64,000 bases of DNA from Nostoc sp. (GTDB lineage Bacteria > Cyanobacteriota > Cyanobacteriia > Cyanobacteriales > Nostocaceae). A program made the position numbers and the translations under genes. Location: positions 128,001 to 192,000 of the forward strand of contig JBALDB010000007.1 of assembly GCA_036918135.1 (NCBI GenBank). The letters are read 5' to 3'. Shown here piece by piece: positions 20,092-29,504 of this stretch (positions are counted from its first letter, which is position 1; each line of letters begins with the position of its first letter). The notes below the pieces were generated by a model. That model did no database searches and had not been told where the DNA came from. It saw nothing but the letters and a program-made list of their open reading frames with translations.

Positions 20092-20946
20092 ATGGAAATT
20101 CAAGTCGTAGGCGTCATTGGTGCAGGTGTTATGGGGATAGGAGTATCACAAAGCCTAGCCCAAACTGGTCATAATGTAATTCTTTTAGATATTTCTGACA
20201 AAATTTTAGAACATGCAAAACAGGAAATAAAAAATAATCTTCGTTTCCAACAGCTTTTTACAAAAAATAAGCAAGTAAACCAACCAGACGATATTTTAAA
20301 TAAAATTACGTTTTCTACAGATTATCAATTACTTGAAAAAGCAGAGTTTGTTATAGAAAATGCTACAGAAAAGTGGCAAATTAAAAAGAATATATACGAA
20401 AAAATAGATTTAATTTGTCCGCCAGAAACCGTTTTTGCTGCTAATACATCTGCTATACCCATTACTCGCATTGCTTCAGTAACAAAGCGTGCTTCTAAAG
20501 TTATTGGGATGCATTTTATGAATCCCGTACCAATGAAGCCTGCGGTTGAAACTATTCGTGGTTATCACACCAGTAATGAGACTATTGAAATAGCTAAAAA
20601 ATTATTAGCTCAGATGGAAAAAGAATGTATTTTGGTCAATGACTCTCCAGGCTTTGTATCGAATCGCGTCTTGATGTTAACCATTAATGAAGCTATTTTT
20701 ATTTTACAAGAACAAGTAGCATCAGTGGAAGAAGTAGATAAAATTTTTAAAACTTGTTTTGGACATAAAATGGGCCCGTTAGAAACTGCTGACTTGATAG
20801 GATTAGATACGATTCTTTTCTCTATCGAAGTTCTGTATGAAAGTTTCAATGATAGTAAGTATCGACCATGTTCTTTACTTAAGAAAATGGTTGACGCTGG
20901 ATTACATGGACGCAAAAGTGGACAAGGTTTTTATACATACAATTAA
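20092..20946 (+). CDS. 3-hydroxyacyl-CoA dehydrogenase family (FkbK-like glyceryl-ACP dehydrogenase)
   Basis: GVIGAGVMG Rossmann motif, NTSA, GMHFMNP, GFVSNR; clustered with ACP, ACAD and FkbH. Confidence 0.9.
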   Translation: MEIQVVGVIGAGVMGIGVSQSLAQTGHNVILLDISDKILEHAKQEIKNNLRFQQLFTKNKQVNQPDDILNKITFSTDYQLLEKAEFVIENATEKWQIKKNIYEKIDLICPPETVFAANTSAIPITRIASVTKRASKVIGMHFMNPVPMKPAVETIRGYHTSNETIEIAKKLLAQMEKECILVNDSPGFVSNRVLMLTINEAIFILQEQVASVEEVDKIFKTCFGHKMGPLETADLIGLDTILFSIEVLYESFNDSKYRPCSLLKKMVDAGLHGRKSGQGFYTYN

Positions 20947-20985
20947 AAAATTTAAAATTTCATTAGTGTTTTCAGGAGGTTGACA

Positions 20986-21237
20986 ATGAAAGAAGCGAAA
21001 ACCAAAATCAAAAATTTTCTAACTCAGTCTTTTGGTCATCATGAATTCCAAGAAGACGAAGATATATTTTCTCTAGGGTTTGTGAATTCAATGTTTGCTA
21101 TGCAGCTAGTTCTATTTTTAGAGAAAGAGTTTCAAATAACGATTGAAAATGAAGACCTGGAATTTGAAAATTTCAGAAGTATAAATGCCATGAGCAGCTT
21201 TCTAGAAAAAAAGCTGGCTATTTCTGCACAAAATTGA
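20986..21237 (+). CDS. Stand-alone ACP (FkbJ-like)
   Basis: LGFVNSMFA phosphopantetheine motif; AGGAGG RBS before ATG 20986. Confidence 0.88.
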   Translation: MKEAKTKIKNFLTQSFGHHEFQEDEDIFSLGFVNSMFAMQLVLFLEKEFQITIENEDLEFENFRSINAMSSFLEKKLAISAQN

Positions 21238-21271
21238 AGCAAAAATATTTGTTAACACTAAAGTGACAGGA

Positions 21272-22426
21272 ATGCAAATAGAATTAACTCCTCAGCAAAA
21301 AGAGGCTAAAGCTAAATTCCAAGCCTTCACAGATGAAGAGATTGTCCCTTATGCAGATAGGGCTGACCGAGAAGAACGGACTTCGAGAGAACTGATTCAA
21401 AGAATAGCTCAACAAGGTTATCTAGGTGCAATTGTGCCTCAAGAAAGAGGCGGCAGTAGTATGGATATGATAACTTACGGCCTGCTTAATGAAGAAATCG
21501 GACGGGGATGTTCTTCAGTACGAAGCTTGCTTACAGTTCACTCTATGGTTGCTCATGCCATCCTCAAGTGGGGCAGCAAGTTTCAAAAAGAGCATTGGAT
21601 TCCTAAAATGGCATCTGGTGAAGCGATCGCTGCTTTTGGTTTAAGCGAACCTAATGTAGGCAGTGATGCTAAAAAAGTGGAAACGACAGCAACAGTTTCT
21701 CAAGAGTTTTATGTTTTAAATGGGCAAAAGAAGTGGATTACCTATGGACAAATTGCTGATATTTTTTTGATATTTGCTCAGTGTGAAGGTAAACCCACTG
21801 CTTTTTTAGTTGAAAAAAACACACCAGGGCTTTTGGTTAAACCAATTTTTGGCATGTTGGGTACTAGAGCCTCTATGTTAGCAGAATTGCATTTAAATAA
21901 TTGTCGAGTTCCACGAGAAAACCTTGTATGTAAAGAGGGTTTTGGTTTTTCTCATGTAGCATCTTCTGCCTTAGATTCTGGCAGGTACAGTGTAGCTTGG
22001 GGCTGTATAGGTATTGCTCAAGCTTGTCTTGAAGCCTGCATCCAGTATACAAGCCAAAGGAAGCAGTTTGATGTTTATTTGAAAGACCATCAATTAATTC
22101 GACAAATGGTGACTGAGGCGATCGTTAATGTGAAAGCAGCGAGACTATTGTGTTACCAAGCAGGCTATTTAAAAGACATTGGCGATCCTAAATCGATTAT
22201 GGAAACCTCAATTGCTAAGTATTTTGCTTCTACAACCGCGACTAAAGTAGCAAGCGATGCTGTACAGATTCATGGTGGTCATGGTTGTAGTAGTGAATCC
22301 TCTGTTCAGAGGTATTTTCGAGACGCCAAAATCATGGAAATTATTGAAGGGAGTACTCAGATTCAACAGATTACCATTGCTGAGTATGGTTATCAACAAT
22401 ATATGTTTTCACCTACTCGGACTTAG
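21272..22426 (+). CDS. Acyl-CoA/ACP dehydrogenase (FkbI-like)
   Basis: FGLSEPNVGSD, LNGQKKWIT, QIHGGHG, IIEGSTQIQ. Confidence 0.9.
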   Translation: MQIELTPQQKEAKAKFQAFTDEEIVPYADRADREERTSRELIQRIAQQGYLGAIVPQERGGSSMDMITYGLLNEEIGRGCSSVRSLLTVHSMVAHAILKWGSKFQKEHWIPKMASGEAIAAFGLSEPNVGSDAKKVETTATVSQEFYVLNGQKKWITYGQIADIFLIFAQCEGKPTAFLVEKNTPGLLVKPIFGMLGTRASMLAELHLNNCRVPRENLVCKEGFGFSHVASSALDSGRYSVAWGCIGIAQACLEACIQYTSQRKQFDVYLKDHQLIRQMVTEAIVNVKAARLLCYQAGYLKDIGDPKSIMETSIAKYFASTTATKVASDAVQIHGGHGCSSESSVQRYFRDAKIMEIIEGSTQIQQITIAEYGYQQYMFSPTRT

Positions 22427-22447
22427 TGTTTAAATTAGTAACAATAA

Positions 22448-23527
22448 TTGAAAAAGATGATTAATTTAAGTGCTGAGCAAGCCAAAGATAAACAAGAATT
22501 AAAAAAAACTATTAAGTGTGTTGTTTGGGATCTTGATAACACCCTATGGCATGGTGTCTTACTAGAAGATGAGCAAGTTTTCTTAGATAATAATGTTATC
22601 GAGATAATCAAAACTTTAGATAATCGAGGAATCTTACAATCTGTAGCTAGTAGAAACGAATATAACAAAGCAATGTTGAAGCTAGAAGAGTTGGGATTAC
22701 ATGAGTATTTTATATATTCTCAAATTAATTGGAATTCAAAATCTGACTCTATTCAAAAAATCGCTAAATCAATCAATATTGGAATGGATGTAATAGCTTT
22801 TATTGATGACCAACTATTTGAGTTAGAAGAGGTCAATTTTTCACTACCTGACGTTCTCTGCATCAATACAGCTAACCTCGAACAGTTACTAGATATGCCA
22901 CAAATGAATCCTCGTTTTATTACAAAGGATTCTCAGAATAGAAGACTTATGTACCTCAGTGATATAAAACGCAATCGGGTAGAAGAAGAATTTATTGGTT
23001 CTAAAGAAGAGTTTTTAGCTACTTTAAAGATGTGCTTTACCATCTCTTCTGCTAAAGAGGAGGATTTACAACGAGCCGAAGAATTAACAGTACGCACAAA
23101 CCAATTAAATACAACTGGCTATACATACTCTTACGAAGAACTCAACCATTTTTGTCACTCAAATAAGCATAAGCTACTAATTGCTAGTTTGGATGATAAG
23201 TATGGAAGTTATGGAAAAGTTGGATTAGCTCTTATTGAATGTCAAGATACTATCTGGACAATAAAACTCTTGCTGATGTCCTGCCGCGTTATGTCTAGAG
23301 GCGTAGGTACGATTATGCTCAATCATATTATTCGTATAGCAAATAATCAAAATGTTAAATTGTGTGCTGAGTTTATCTCAAATGATAGAAATCGGATGAT
23401 GTATATCACTTATAAATTTGCCGGATTTAAAGAACTTAATACTCAAAATAATCTGCTTATTTTTGATGATAACTTCAAGCATATATATTCTTTTCCTGAT
23501 TATATAAATATACAAATAATAAGTTAA
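22448..23527 (+). CDS. fkbH: FkbH-like HAD-IIIC glyceryl transferase/phosphatase
   Basis: VWDLDNTLW (DxDxT), FIDD, RTNQLN, LLMSCRV. Confidence 0.92.
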   Translation: MKKMINLSAEQAKDKQELKKTIKCVVWDLDNTLWHGVLLEDEQVFLDNNVIEIIKTLDNRGILQSVASRNEYNKAMLKLEELGLHEYFIYSQINWNSKSDSIQKIAKSINIGMDVIAFIDDQLFELEEVNFSLPDVLCINTANLEQLLDMPQMNPRFITKDSQNRRLMYLSDIKRNRVEEEFIGSKEEFLATLKMCFTISSAKEEDLQRAEELTVRTNQLNTTGYTYSYEELNHFCHSNKHKLLIASLDDKYGSYGKVGLALIECQDTIWTIKLLLMSCRVMSRGVGTIMLNHIIRIANNQNVKLCAEFISNDRNRMMYITYKFAGFKELNTQNNLLIFDDNFKHIYSFPDYINIQIIS

Positions 23528-23551
23528 TTTAAACATTATAAAGAGGTAATA

Positions 23552-26206
23552 ATGAACAGTTCTTTAATTTTTAATAGCAACAAACCATCAAATTCTTCTA
23601 CACCGTGGCATTTGCTGGTGCTGTCTGGGAAAACAGAATCAGGCTTAGAGACAGCAACTGATAATCTAGCTGAGTTTTTAAACCAAAATTTGGAAATTAA
23701 CCTTAGTGATTTAGCTTATACTCTCCAAGTTGATTGTCAAGGATTTAATTACCGTCGGATACTAGTGTGTTGCGATCGCCAAGATGCAGCGTGCACGCTA
23801 GCAACCAGAGACCCCAAACGTGTTTTTACCAGCAGCATCCCAGAAACTAACAATCAATCTGTAGTTTTCATGTTTCCTGGTTTAGGAGAGCAATATGTCA
23901 ACATGGCTTTACAGCTTTATCAGTTTGAGCCAAATTTTCGCAAACATATAGCTTGTTGCTCAGAACTCCTCAAACCTCATTTAGGTTTTGACTTGCGAGA
24001 TGTACTTTATCCTAATAAAGAAGCCAAGCTTGAGCAAACAAACAATCTAGCTTCAGTAATGTCTTCCCAGAAGCTAGATTTACGAAGGATGCTGCAACGC
24101 GATTCGACTCCAGTAGATGTTAATGCTGAAAAACTAAATCAAACCTATATTGCTCAACCAGGCTTGTTTGTCATTGAGTATGCGCTAGCCCAGATGTGGA
24201 TGGGATGGGGAATACAACCTCAAGCGCTCATTGGTTACAGCATTGGTGAGTATGTGGCGGCTTGTATAGCCGGGGTTTTATCTCTGGAGGAGGCTTTAAC
24301 TTTAGTTGCTAAAAGAGGTCAACTCATTCAACAATTACCCAATGGGGCAATGTTGGCTGTCTCTCTTTCAGAAATGGAACTACAGCCAATGCTTGCAAAG
24401 AATCTTAGCCTGTCTGCCATTAATGGGCCTGAGCTATGTGTGGTCGCAGGTTCTATAGAGTCTGTAGCCCAATTAGAGCAGCAATTGCTGACAACTGAAG
24501 TTGGCTGTCGGAAATTGCAGACTACCCATGCTTTTCATTCATCAATGATGGAGGCGATCGTAGAGCCGTTCATCGAACTTGTTAAAACCTTTGACCTGAA
24601 AGCTCCAAAAATTCCATACATATCTAATGTTACAGGAACCTGGATAACAGCAGAAGAAGCAACAGATCCAAGCTATTGGAGTAGACATTTATGCCAAACC
24701 GTGCGTTTTGCTGATGGGATTGAAACATTGTGGCAAGTGCTGCATCAAATTTTGTTAGAGGTAGGGCCAGGTCAAACTCTGGGTAGTATGGCCTTGCAAC
24801 ACCCGGCTAGCACAAATGTGTCTGAACGGTTAGTACTCTCCTCGTTACCAAATTTCTATAACCAACAATCGGATCTAGCTTTCTCGCTTAACACACTCGC
24901 TCAACTTTGGCTGGCAGGAGTATCAGTGAATTGGTCTATTTATGCAGATCGGCATTGTTGTAAACTTCATTTGCCCACCTATTCTTTTGACGAGCAATCA
25001 GAAAATAATCAAGATTCAATTACAAATGTTTTACCATTTCAACAAGAATCAAATCAAATAGCACAACAACGCCAGCGATTGAATTTACAAAATAGCTATG
25101 TTGCTCCTAAATATGACACTGAGCAAAAGATTGCTGATATTTGGCAAAAAATTTTCAAGATTGAGCAAGTGGGTATTGATGATAATTTTTTCAGTCTAGG
25201 AGGTCACTCTTTAGTGGCTATCAAAATTATTTCTCAGTTAAGTAAAGTTTTTCAAATTAAATTGCCTTTGAGTGTTATATTCACAAATCCAACTATAGCC
25301 GAATTAGCATTAATTATTGAAGAACAAATTCTACCAAAGACAGAAACTATAAATCAAGAGAATGTAGGACGTTTAACACCGACTATCTCTGATGTAGAAA
25401 TTACACATAAATCTATTAATTTGCTTCACTATAAATTGCCAAATAGCAGGAAAATTATACATCAAAATAAAGCTGAGACAGACCACTTCTATGAAGATAT
25501 TTTTGAACATAAAGTGTATGCTAAACACGGTATTCAGCTTCACCAAGGAGCTTGTATATTTGATGTAGGAGCTAACATAGGTCTTTTTACACTTTTTGTT
25601 GACCAAGAATGTAGTCAAGCTACAATTTATGCTTTTGAACCTTCTCCTCCTACATTTGAAATCTTGAAAACTAATACATCTTTATGTCAGGCTAAAGTTA
25701 AGCTATTTAATTGTGGTTTAAGTAATAGAACAACGAAAGAAAATTTTACTTTTTATCCTAATAGTTCTGGAATGTCATCTTTTTATGGAGATAAACAAGA
25801 AGAAAAAGCAGTATTAAAAACAATTATGCTTAACCAAAATAAAACAGGAATGACTGAGATGGAGCAAGTCATGGAATATTCCGAAGAATTGTTAGAAGAA
25901 AGATTTAAGAATCAAACTTTTGAATGTCAACTAAATACTCTTTCTGAAATTATCCGAGAAGAAAATATTGCACATATAGATTTGCTGAAAATAGATGTGC
26001 AGAAAAGTGAGTTAGATGTTCTTCTAGGAATCAATCAAGATGACTGGAAAAAAATTAAACAAATTGTGCTTGAAGTACATAATGAAGCCGAACGATTGTC
26101 TCAGGTGACTGCTTTACTGCAACAACATGGTTATAGCGTCTTGGTAGAGCAAGACAACCTTTACAAAGGTACTAACATATATAATCTGTATGCTATTCAG
26201 CATTAA
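23552..26206 (+). CDS. KS-less AT-carrier(T)-FkbM methyltransferase fusion
   Basis: Begins with KS-AT linker (WHLLVLSG); VFMFPG; AT GYSIG and HAFHS; post-AT LPTYSF; T motif GGHSL; FkbM motifs DVGANIG, YAFEP, IDLLKIDVQ. Confidence 0.88.
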   Translation: MNSSLIFNSNKPSNSSTPWHLLVLSGKTESGLETATDNLAEFLNQNLEINLSDLAYTLQVDCQGFNYRRILVCCDRQDAACTLATRDPKRVFTSSIPETNNQSVVFMFPGLGEQYVNMALQLYQFEPNFRKHIACCSELLKPHLGFDLRDVLYPNKEAKLEQTNNLASVMSSQKLDLRRMLQRDSTPVDVNAEKLNQTYIAQPGLFVIEYALAQMWMGWGIQPQALIGYSIGEYVAACIAGVLSLEEALTLVAKRGQLIQQLPNGAMLAVSLSEMELQPMLAKNLSLSAINGPELCVVAGSIESVAQLEQQLLTTEVGCRKLQTTHAFHSSMMEAIVEPFIELVKTFDLKAPKIPYISNVTGTWITAEEATDPSYWSRHLCQTVRFADGIETLWQVLHQILLEVGPGQTLGSMALQHPASTNVSERLVLSSLPNFYNQQSDLAFSLNTLAQLWLAGVSVNWSIYADRHCCKLHLPTYSFDEQSENNQDSITNVLPFQQESNQIAQQRQRLNLQNSYVAPKYDTEQKIADIWQKIFKIEQVGIDDNFFSLGGHSLVAIKIISQLSKVFQIKLPLSVIFTNPTIAELALIIEEQILPKTETINQENVGRLTPTISDVEITHKSINLLHYKLPNSRKIIHQNKAETDHFYEDIFEHKVYAKHGIQLHQGACIFDVGANIGLFTLFVDQECSQATIYAFEPSPPTFEILKTNTSLCQAKVKLFNCGLSNRTTKENFTFYPNSSGMSSFYGDKQEEKAVLKTIMLNQNKTGMTEMEQVMEYSEELLEERFKNQTFECQLNTLSEIIREENIAHIDLLKIDVQKSELDVLLGINQDDWKKIKQIVLEVHNEAERLSQVTALLQQHGYSVLVEQDNLYKGTNIYNLYAIQH

Positions 26207-26267
26207 GAAAGTCATGAATAAATAATCAATATATTTACCTTTTTTGTAAAACTCTAGCTAGATTCAA

Positions 26268-27527
26268 ATGAAAAAAACTTTAGAATATAGACCTTGGCAT
26301 CTATTAGTACTTTCGGCAGAAACAAGCTCTACTTTAGAAACTATGACAGCAAATCTGATTGAGCGCTTAAAACAATCAACTAATCGGAATCTTGCTGATA
26401 TCGCTTACTCCTATCAATATCAAAAAGCTTTTAAGCATCGCCGGATGCTTGTTTGCGATACCATTGATAATGCTGTGACTGCCCTAGAAACACTCGATTC
26501 CAAAAAAGTTTTTACACGCTTCCAAGAGTCCGAAAATCGGCCTGTTGTGTTTATGTTTCCAGGGCAGGGAGCGCAGTATGTAAATATGGGCTTGGAACTT
26601 TACCAAACTGAGAAGACGTTTAGAGAACAAGTCGATATCTGCTCGCAATTTTTAAAGCCTCACTTAGACCTTGACATTCGCAACATAATATATCCAGATG
26701 AAACACAAATAAACATTGCCACGCAGCAACTTCAACAAACATTAATTGCACAATCAGCGCTCTTTGCGATCGAGTATGCTTTAGCTAAGTTGTGGTCAGA
26801 GTGGGGCGTGCGTCCCCAAGCAATGATAGGTCATAGCATTGGCGAATACGTTGCAGCGTGTCTGGCTGGCGTTTTCTCCCTGGAAGATGCATTAAATTTG
26901 GTGGCGGCGCGTGGACGACTTATGCAGGAACTACCCGGTGGTGCCATGCTTGCGGTTGAGCTTTCAGAGAAGGAAGTTCTGCCACTTTTAGGCAAGACTC
27001 TTTCCCTAGCTGCAATTAACGAACCAAACCTTTGCATTGTTTCAGGTTCCACAAAAGTTTTAGAGGAATTAAATGACCGACTAAGCGAGAAGGATGTGAT
27101 TTGTCTTTTTTTAGAAGCTTCCCATGCTCCTCACTCACAAGAAATGGATTCTATAATAGAGCCATTTAAATCTTATTTAGAAAAAATAACTCTTAGACCA
27201 CCTCAAATACCATATATTTCTAACGTCACCGGGACTTGGATTACAACGGAGCAAGCAACAGACCCGAACTATTGGGCTAAACATATGCGCCAAACTGTGC
27301 GCTTTTCAGAAGGTTTGGAAGAACTCTTTAAAAAACCAGAGCGGATATTGCTGCAAGTAGGCCCGGGGCGGACGCTGAGTGCTATGGCAGTGCAGCATCC
27401 AGAGCGTGCTACTGGACAAATCGTGCTTTCTTCGTTAAGCCACCCGTATGAAGAAGAATCAGATGTTGGATTCATACTTAACATCTTAGGTCAGCTCTGT
27501 CTTGAAGGAGTAAGTAGAATATTTTAA
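26268..27527 (+). CDS. Stand-alone (trans) acyltransferase with atypical HAPH motif
   Basis: KS-AT linker, VFMFPGQG, GHSIG, ASHAPHS; no KS or ACP. Confidence 0.88.
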   Translation: MKKTLEYRPWHLLVLSAETSSTLETMTANLIERLKQSTNRNLADIAYSYQYQKAFKHRRMLVCDTIDNAVTALETLDSKKVFTRFQESENRPVVFMFPGQGAQYVNMGLELYQTEKTFREQVDICSQFLKPHLDLDIRNIIYPDETQINIATQQLQQTLIAQSALFAIEYALAKLWSEWGVRPQAMIGHSIGEYVAACLAGVFSLEDALNLVAARGRLMQELPGGAMLAVELSEKEVLPLLGKTLSLAAINEPNLCIVSGSTKVLEELNDRLSEKDVICLFLEASHAPHSQEMDSIIEPFKSYLEKITLRPPQIPYISNVTGTWITTEQATDPNYWAKHMRQTVRFSEGLEELFKKPERILLQVGPGRTLSAMAVQHPERATGQIVLSSLSHPYEEESDVGFILNILGQLCLEGVSRIF

Positions 27528-27576
27528 AACTCAAAGCTAGTAACGAATTATGCCAGTCATCTGAGCATAATACAGA

Positions 27577-29433
27577 TCATGGGAATATAGATTGATATTG
27601 CAGCGAGAAATAAAATCCATTATCTTGCAGCGAGTCTCCCCGATCGCTCACTCCAACTAATGGAATACCGTAATCTAAACCCACATCCAAACCACGGGTA
27701 ACTTGCCATTCTACTCCCAAACCCACGCCTGCAATCAAATTCGGATCTGGATCGGCATCACGGTTATTCCACCCACCGCCAATATCAAAAAATGATTTAA
27801 TTTGTAGGGTTCTGGGATTAGCAGTGACAGGAACGCGGAGTTCGACAGAACTGGCAACACCGTTGTCAGATACCAGTTGGTTTTGGCGATAGCCCCTAAC
27901 TGTGTCTACACCACCAATACTAAACCTCTCCAATGATAAAAGAGAATCTGGAGTTAACTGGGTGTTGATGCGAGTTAGCAGTAAGACTCTCGGAGATAAC
28001 TGTTGCACCCACTGAAACTGTCCTAGCCAGGAAAAGAAGCGTCCATCAGTGCCTATGTCATTAACGGTTGCATCAAAAGCATTAATGCCGAAGTTGAATT
28101 GCGATCGCCCTGCTAGTACTCGTGTTCTACTCCGATTTACCCAGTCTTGGTAAAATCGAATAACAGTAACTCTGGATTTACCGTCTTCGGGTCCTTCTGA
28201 AAAGGAAAAGGGAATCACATCTTGGAGGAAGGTTTGGCTGCGACGTACATCCAACGCTACACCAACAGCAAACTCAGTTTGAGGAGATTGGACTAAAGGT
28301 TGGCGCAAACCTAGAGAAAAAGTTTCTGATTCGCTGCGAATACCTAAATCTTGGAAAGGTTCTTCGACAATATTACTGTCGTAGTTGCTGTAGCTGAAAT
28401 TGAGAGTGCCGTTGCGTGGAAGAAGCGGTAAGGTATAACTGAAATTGTAGAGGTTGAGTCCTTCAGTACGTCCGTATTCAGCACTAAGGCGATCGCCAAA
28501 GCCCAATAAGTTATTGTGAGTAGCAAAGATACTACCCCCAATTGAACCGACGCTAGGAGATTGGTTGTTAGCAATGATAATGCCTGTATAAAATGCAGGA
28601 GCTTCTTGCAAGTCTACTCGTAAGATATTGCGACCAGAAGTACTGCCTGCAACTAACTCAGCATTGATCCGCTCTAGAAGTGGGTCAAGCTGCAACAGTT
28701 GCAGTCCTTCTTCTAAGCGTTGAAGCTTTAAAGGAGACTTTGTGGCATTGCCTAGACGACGCAGTACGTATCTTTTTTGCAAGCGAGTTAACCCATTTAT
28801 TTCTATTCGTTCTAGTTCTCCCTCTACAACTTGAATTCGGACAATGCCGCTGTCAAGAGCTTGGTTGTTGGGCAGAAATGCACCGGAAGTGACGTAACCG
28901 TTTTTGAAGTAAAGTTCTGTGATGCCAGAGCGCAAAGAAATTAAGTCTTCAAAAGTAACTTGCCGATTTTCATATTTTTTGATTAGCTGATTAATTTCGT
29001 CTTTAAGAACCGTATTGCCCAAGACTTCGATTTTTTTAACGTAAAAGCTGATGTTTGTCGGAGAAAGAGGTGGAGTGGGTTGAGGAGTGGGAGATATTTG
29101 GAGATTAGGTGGTGCTGGCGATTGACTTGGAGTAGAGGGAATAGGTACAAGAGGTTCAACTGGTTTGGGAATAGTCTCTTCAATACGTTCTCGTATAGTT
29201 GGGGGAATGGTGACTCCAGAGGGGGGAGACGATTGTGCGATTAAAAAGTCAGGATTTGGAGAAACAATTGTCGAAATTTGCGAGTTGAAAGTGTGGTTAA
29301 GCAAGAGATCGCTGCTTAGGGCAAAGTTTTTATTAGAAGTGGCGATCGCTCCCATACATCCCAACAAGCATGCTACACTCAATTGTTTAATGCATACTGT
29401 AAAGCAAAATTGTAAGTATTCACTCCAGCACAC
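27577..29433 (-). CDS. ShlB/FhaC/HecB (TpsB) outer-membrane transporter
   Basis: Pro-rich N-terminus, POTRA-like YFKNGYVTSGAFLP..IQVVEG, GGVDTVRGY motif, C-terminal FSLQY. Confidence 0.9.
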   Translation of the reverse strand: MCWSEYLQFCFTVCIKQLSVACLLGCMGAIATSNKNFALSSDLLLNHTFNSQISTIVSPNPDFLIAQSSPPSGVTIPPTIRERIEETIPKPVEPLVPIPSTPSQSPAPPNLQISPTPQPTPPLSPTNISFYVKKIEVLGNTVLKDEINQLIKKYENRQVTFEDLISLRSGITELYFKNGYVTSGAFLPNNQALDSGIVRIQVVEGELERIEINGLTRLQKRYVLRRLGNATKSPLKLQRLEEGLQLLQLDPLLERINAELVAGSTSGRNILRVDLQEAPAFYTGIIIANNQSPSVGSIGGSIFATHNNLLGFGDRLSAEYGRTEGLNLYNFSYTLPLLPRNGTLNFSYSNYDSNIVEEPFQDLGIRSESETFSLGLRQPLVQSPQTEFAVGVALDVRRSQTFLQDVIPFSFSEGPEDGKSRVTVIRFYQDWVNRSRTRVLAGRSQFNFGINAFDATVNDIGTDGRFFSWLGQFQWVQQLSPRVLLLTRINTQLTPDSLLSLERFSIGGVDTVRGYRQNQLVSDNGVASSVELRVPVTANPRTLQIKSFFDIGGGWNNRDADPDPNLIAGVGLGVEWQVTRGLDVGLDYGIPLVGVSDRGDSLQDNGFYFSLQYQSIFP

Positions 29434-29504
29434 AATCTTAACCCCACGTTTTACAGTAGACCTGTTGCAAAATTATTTTATGGTAATATGAAGGGTTTTT
29501 AACC

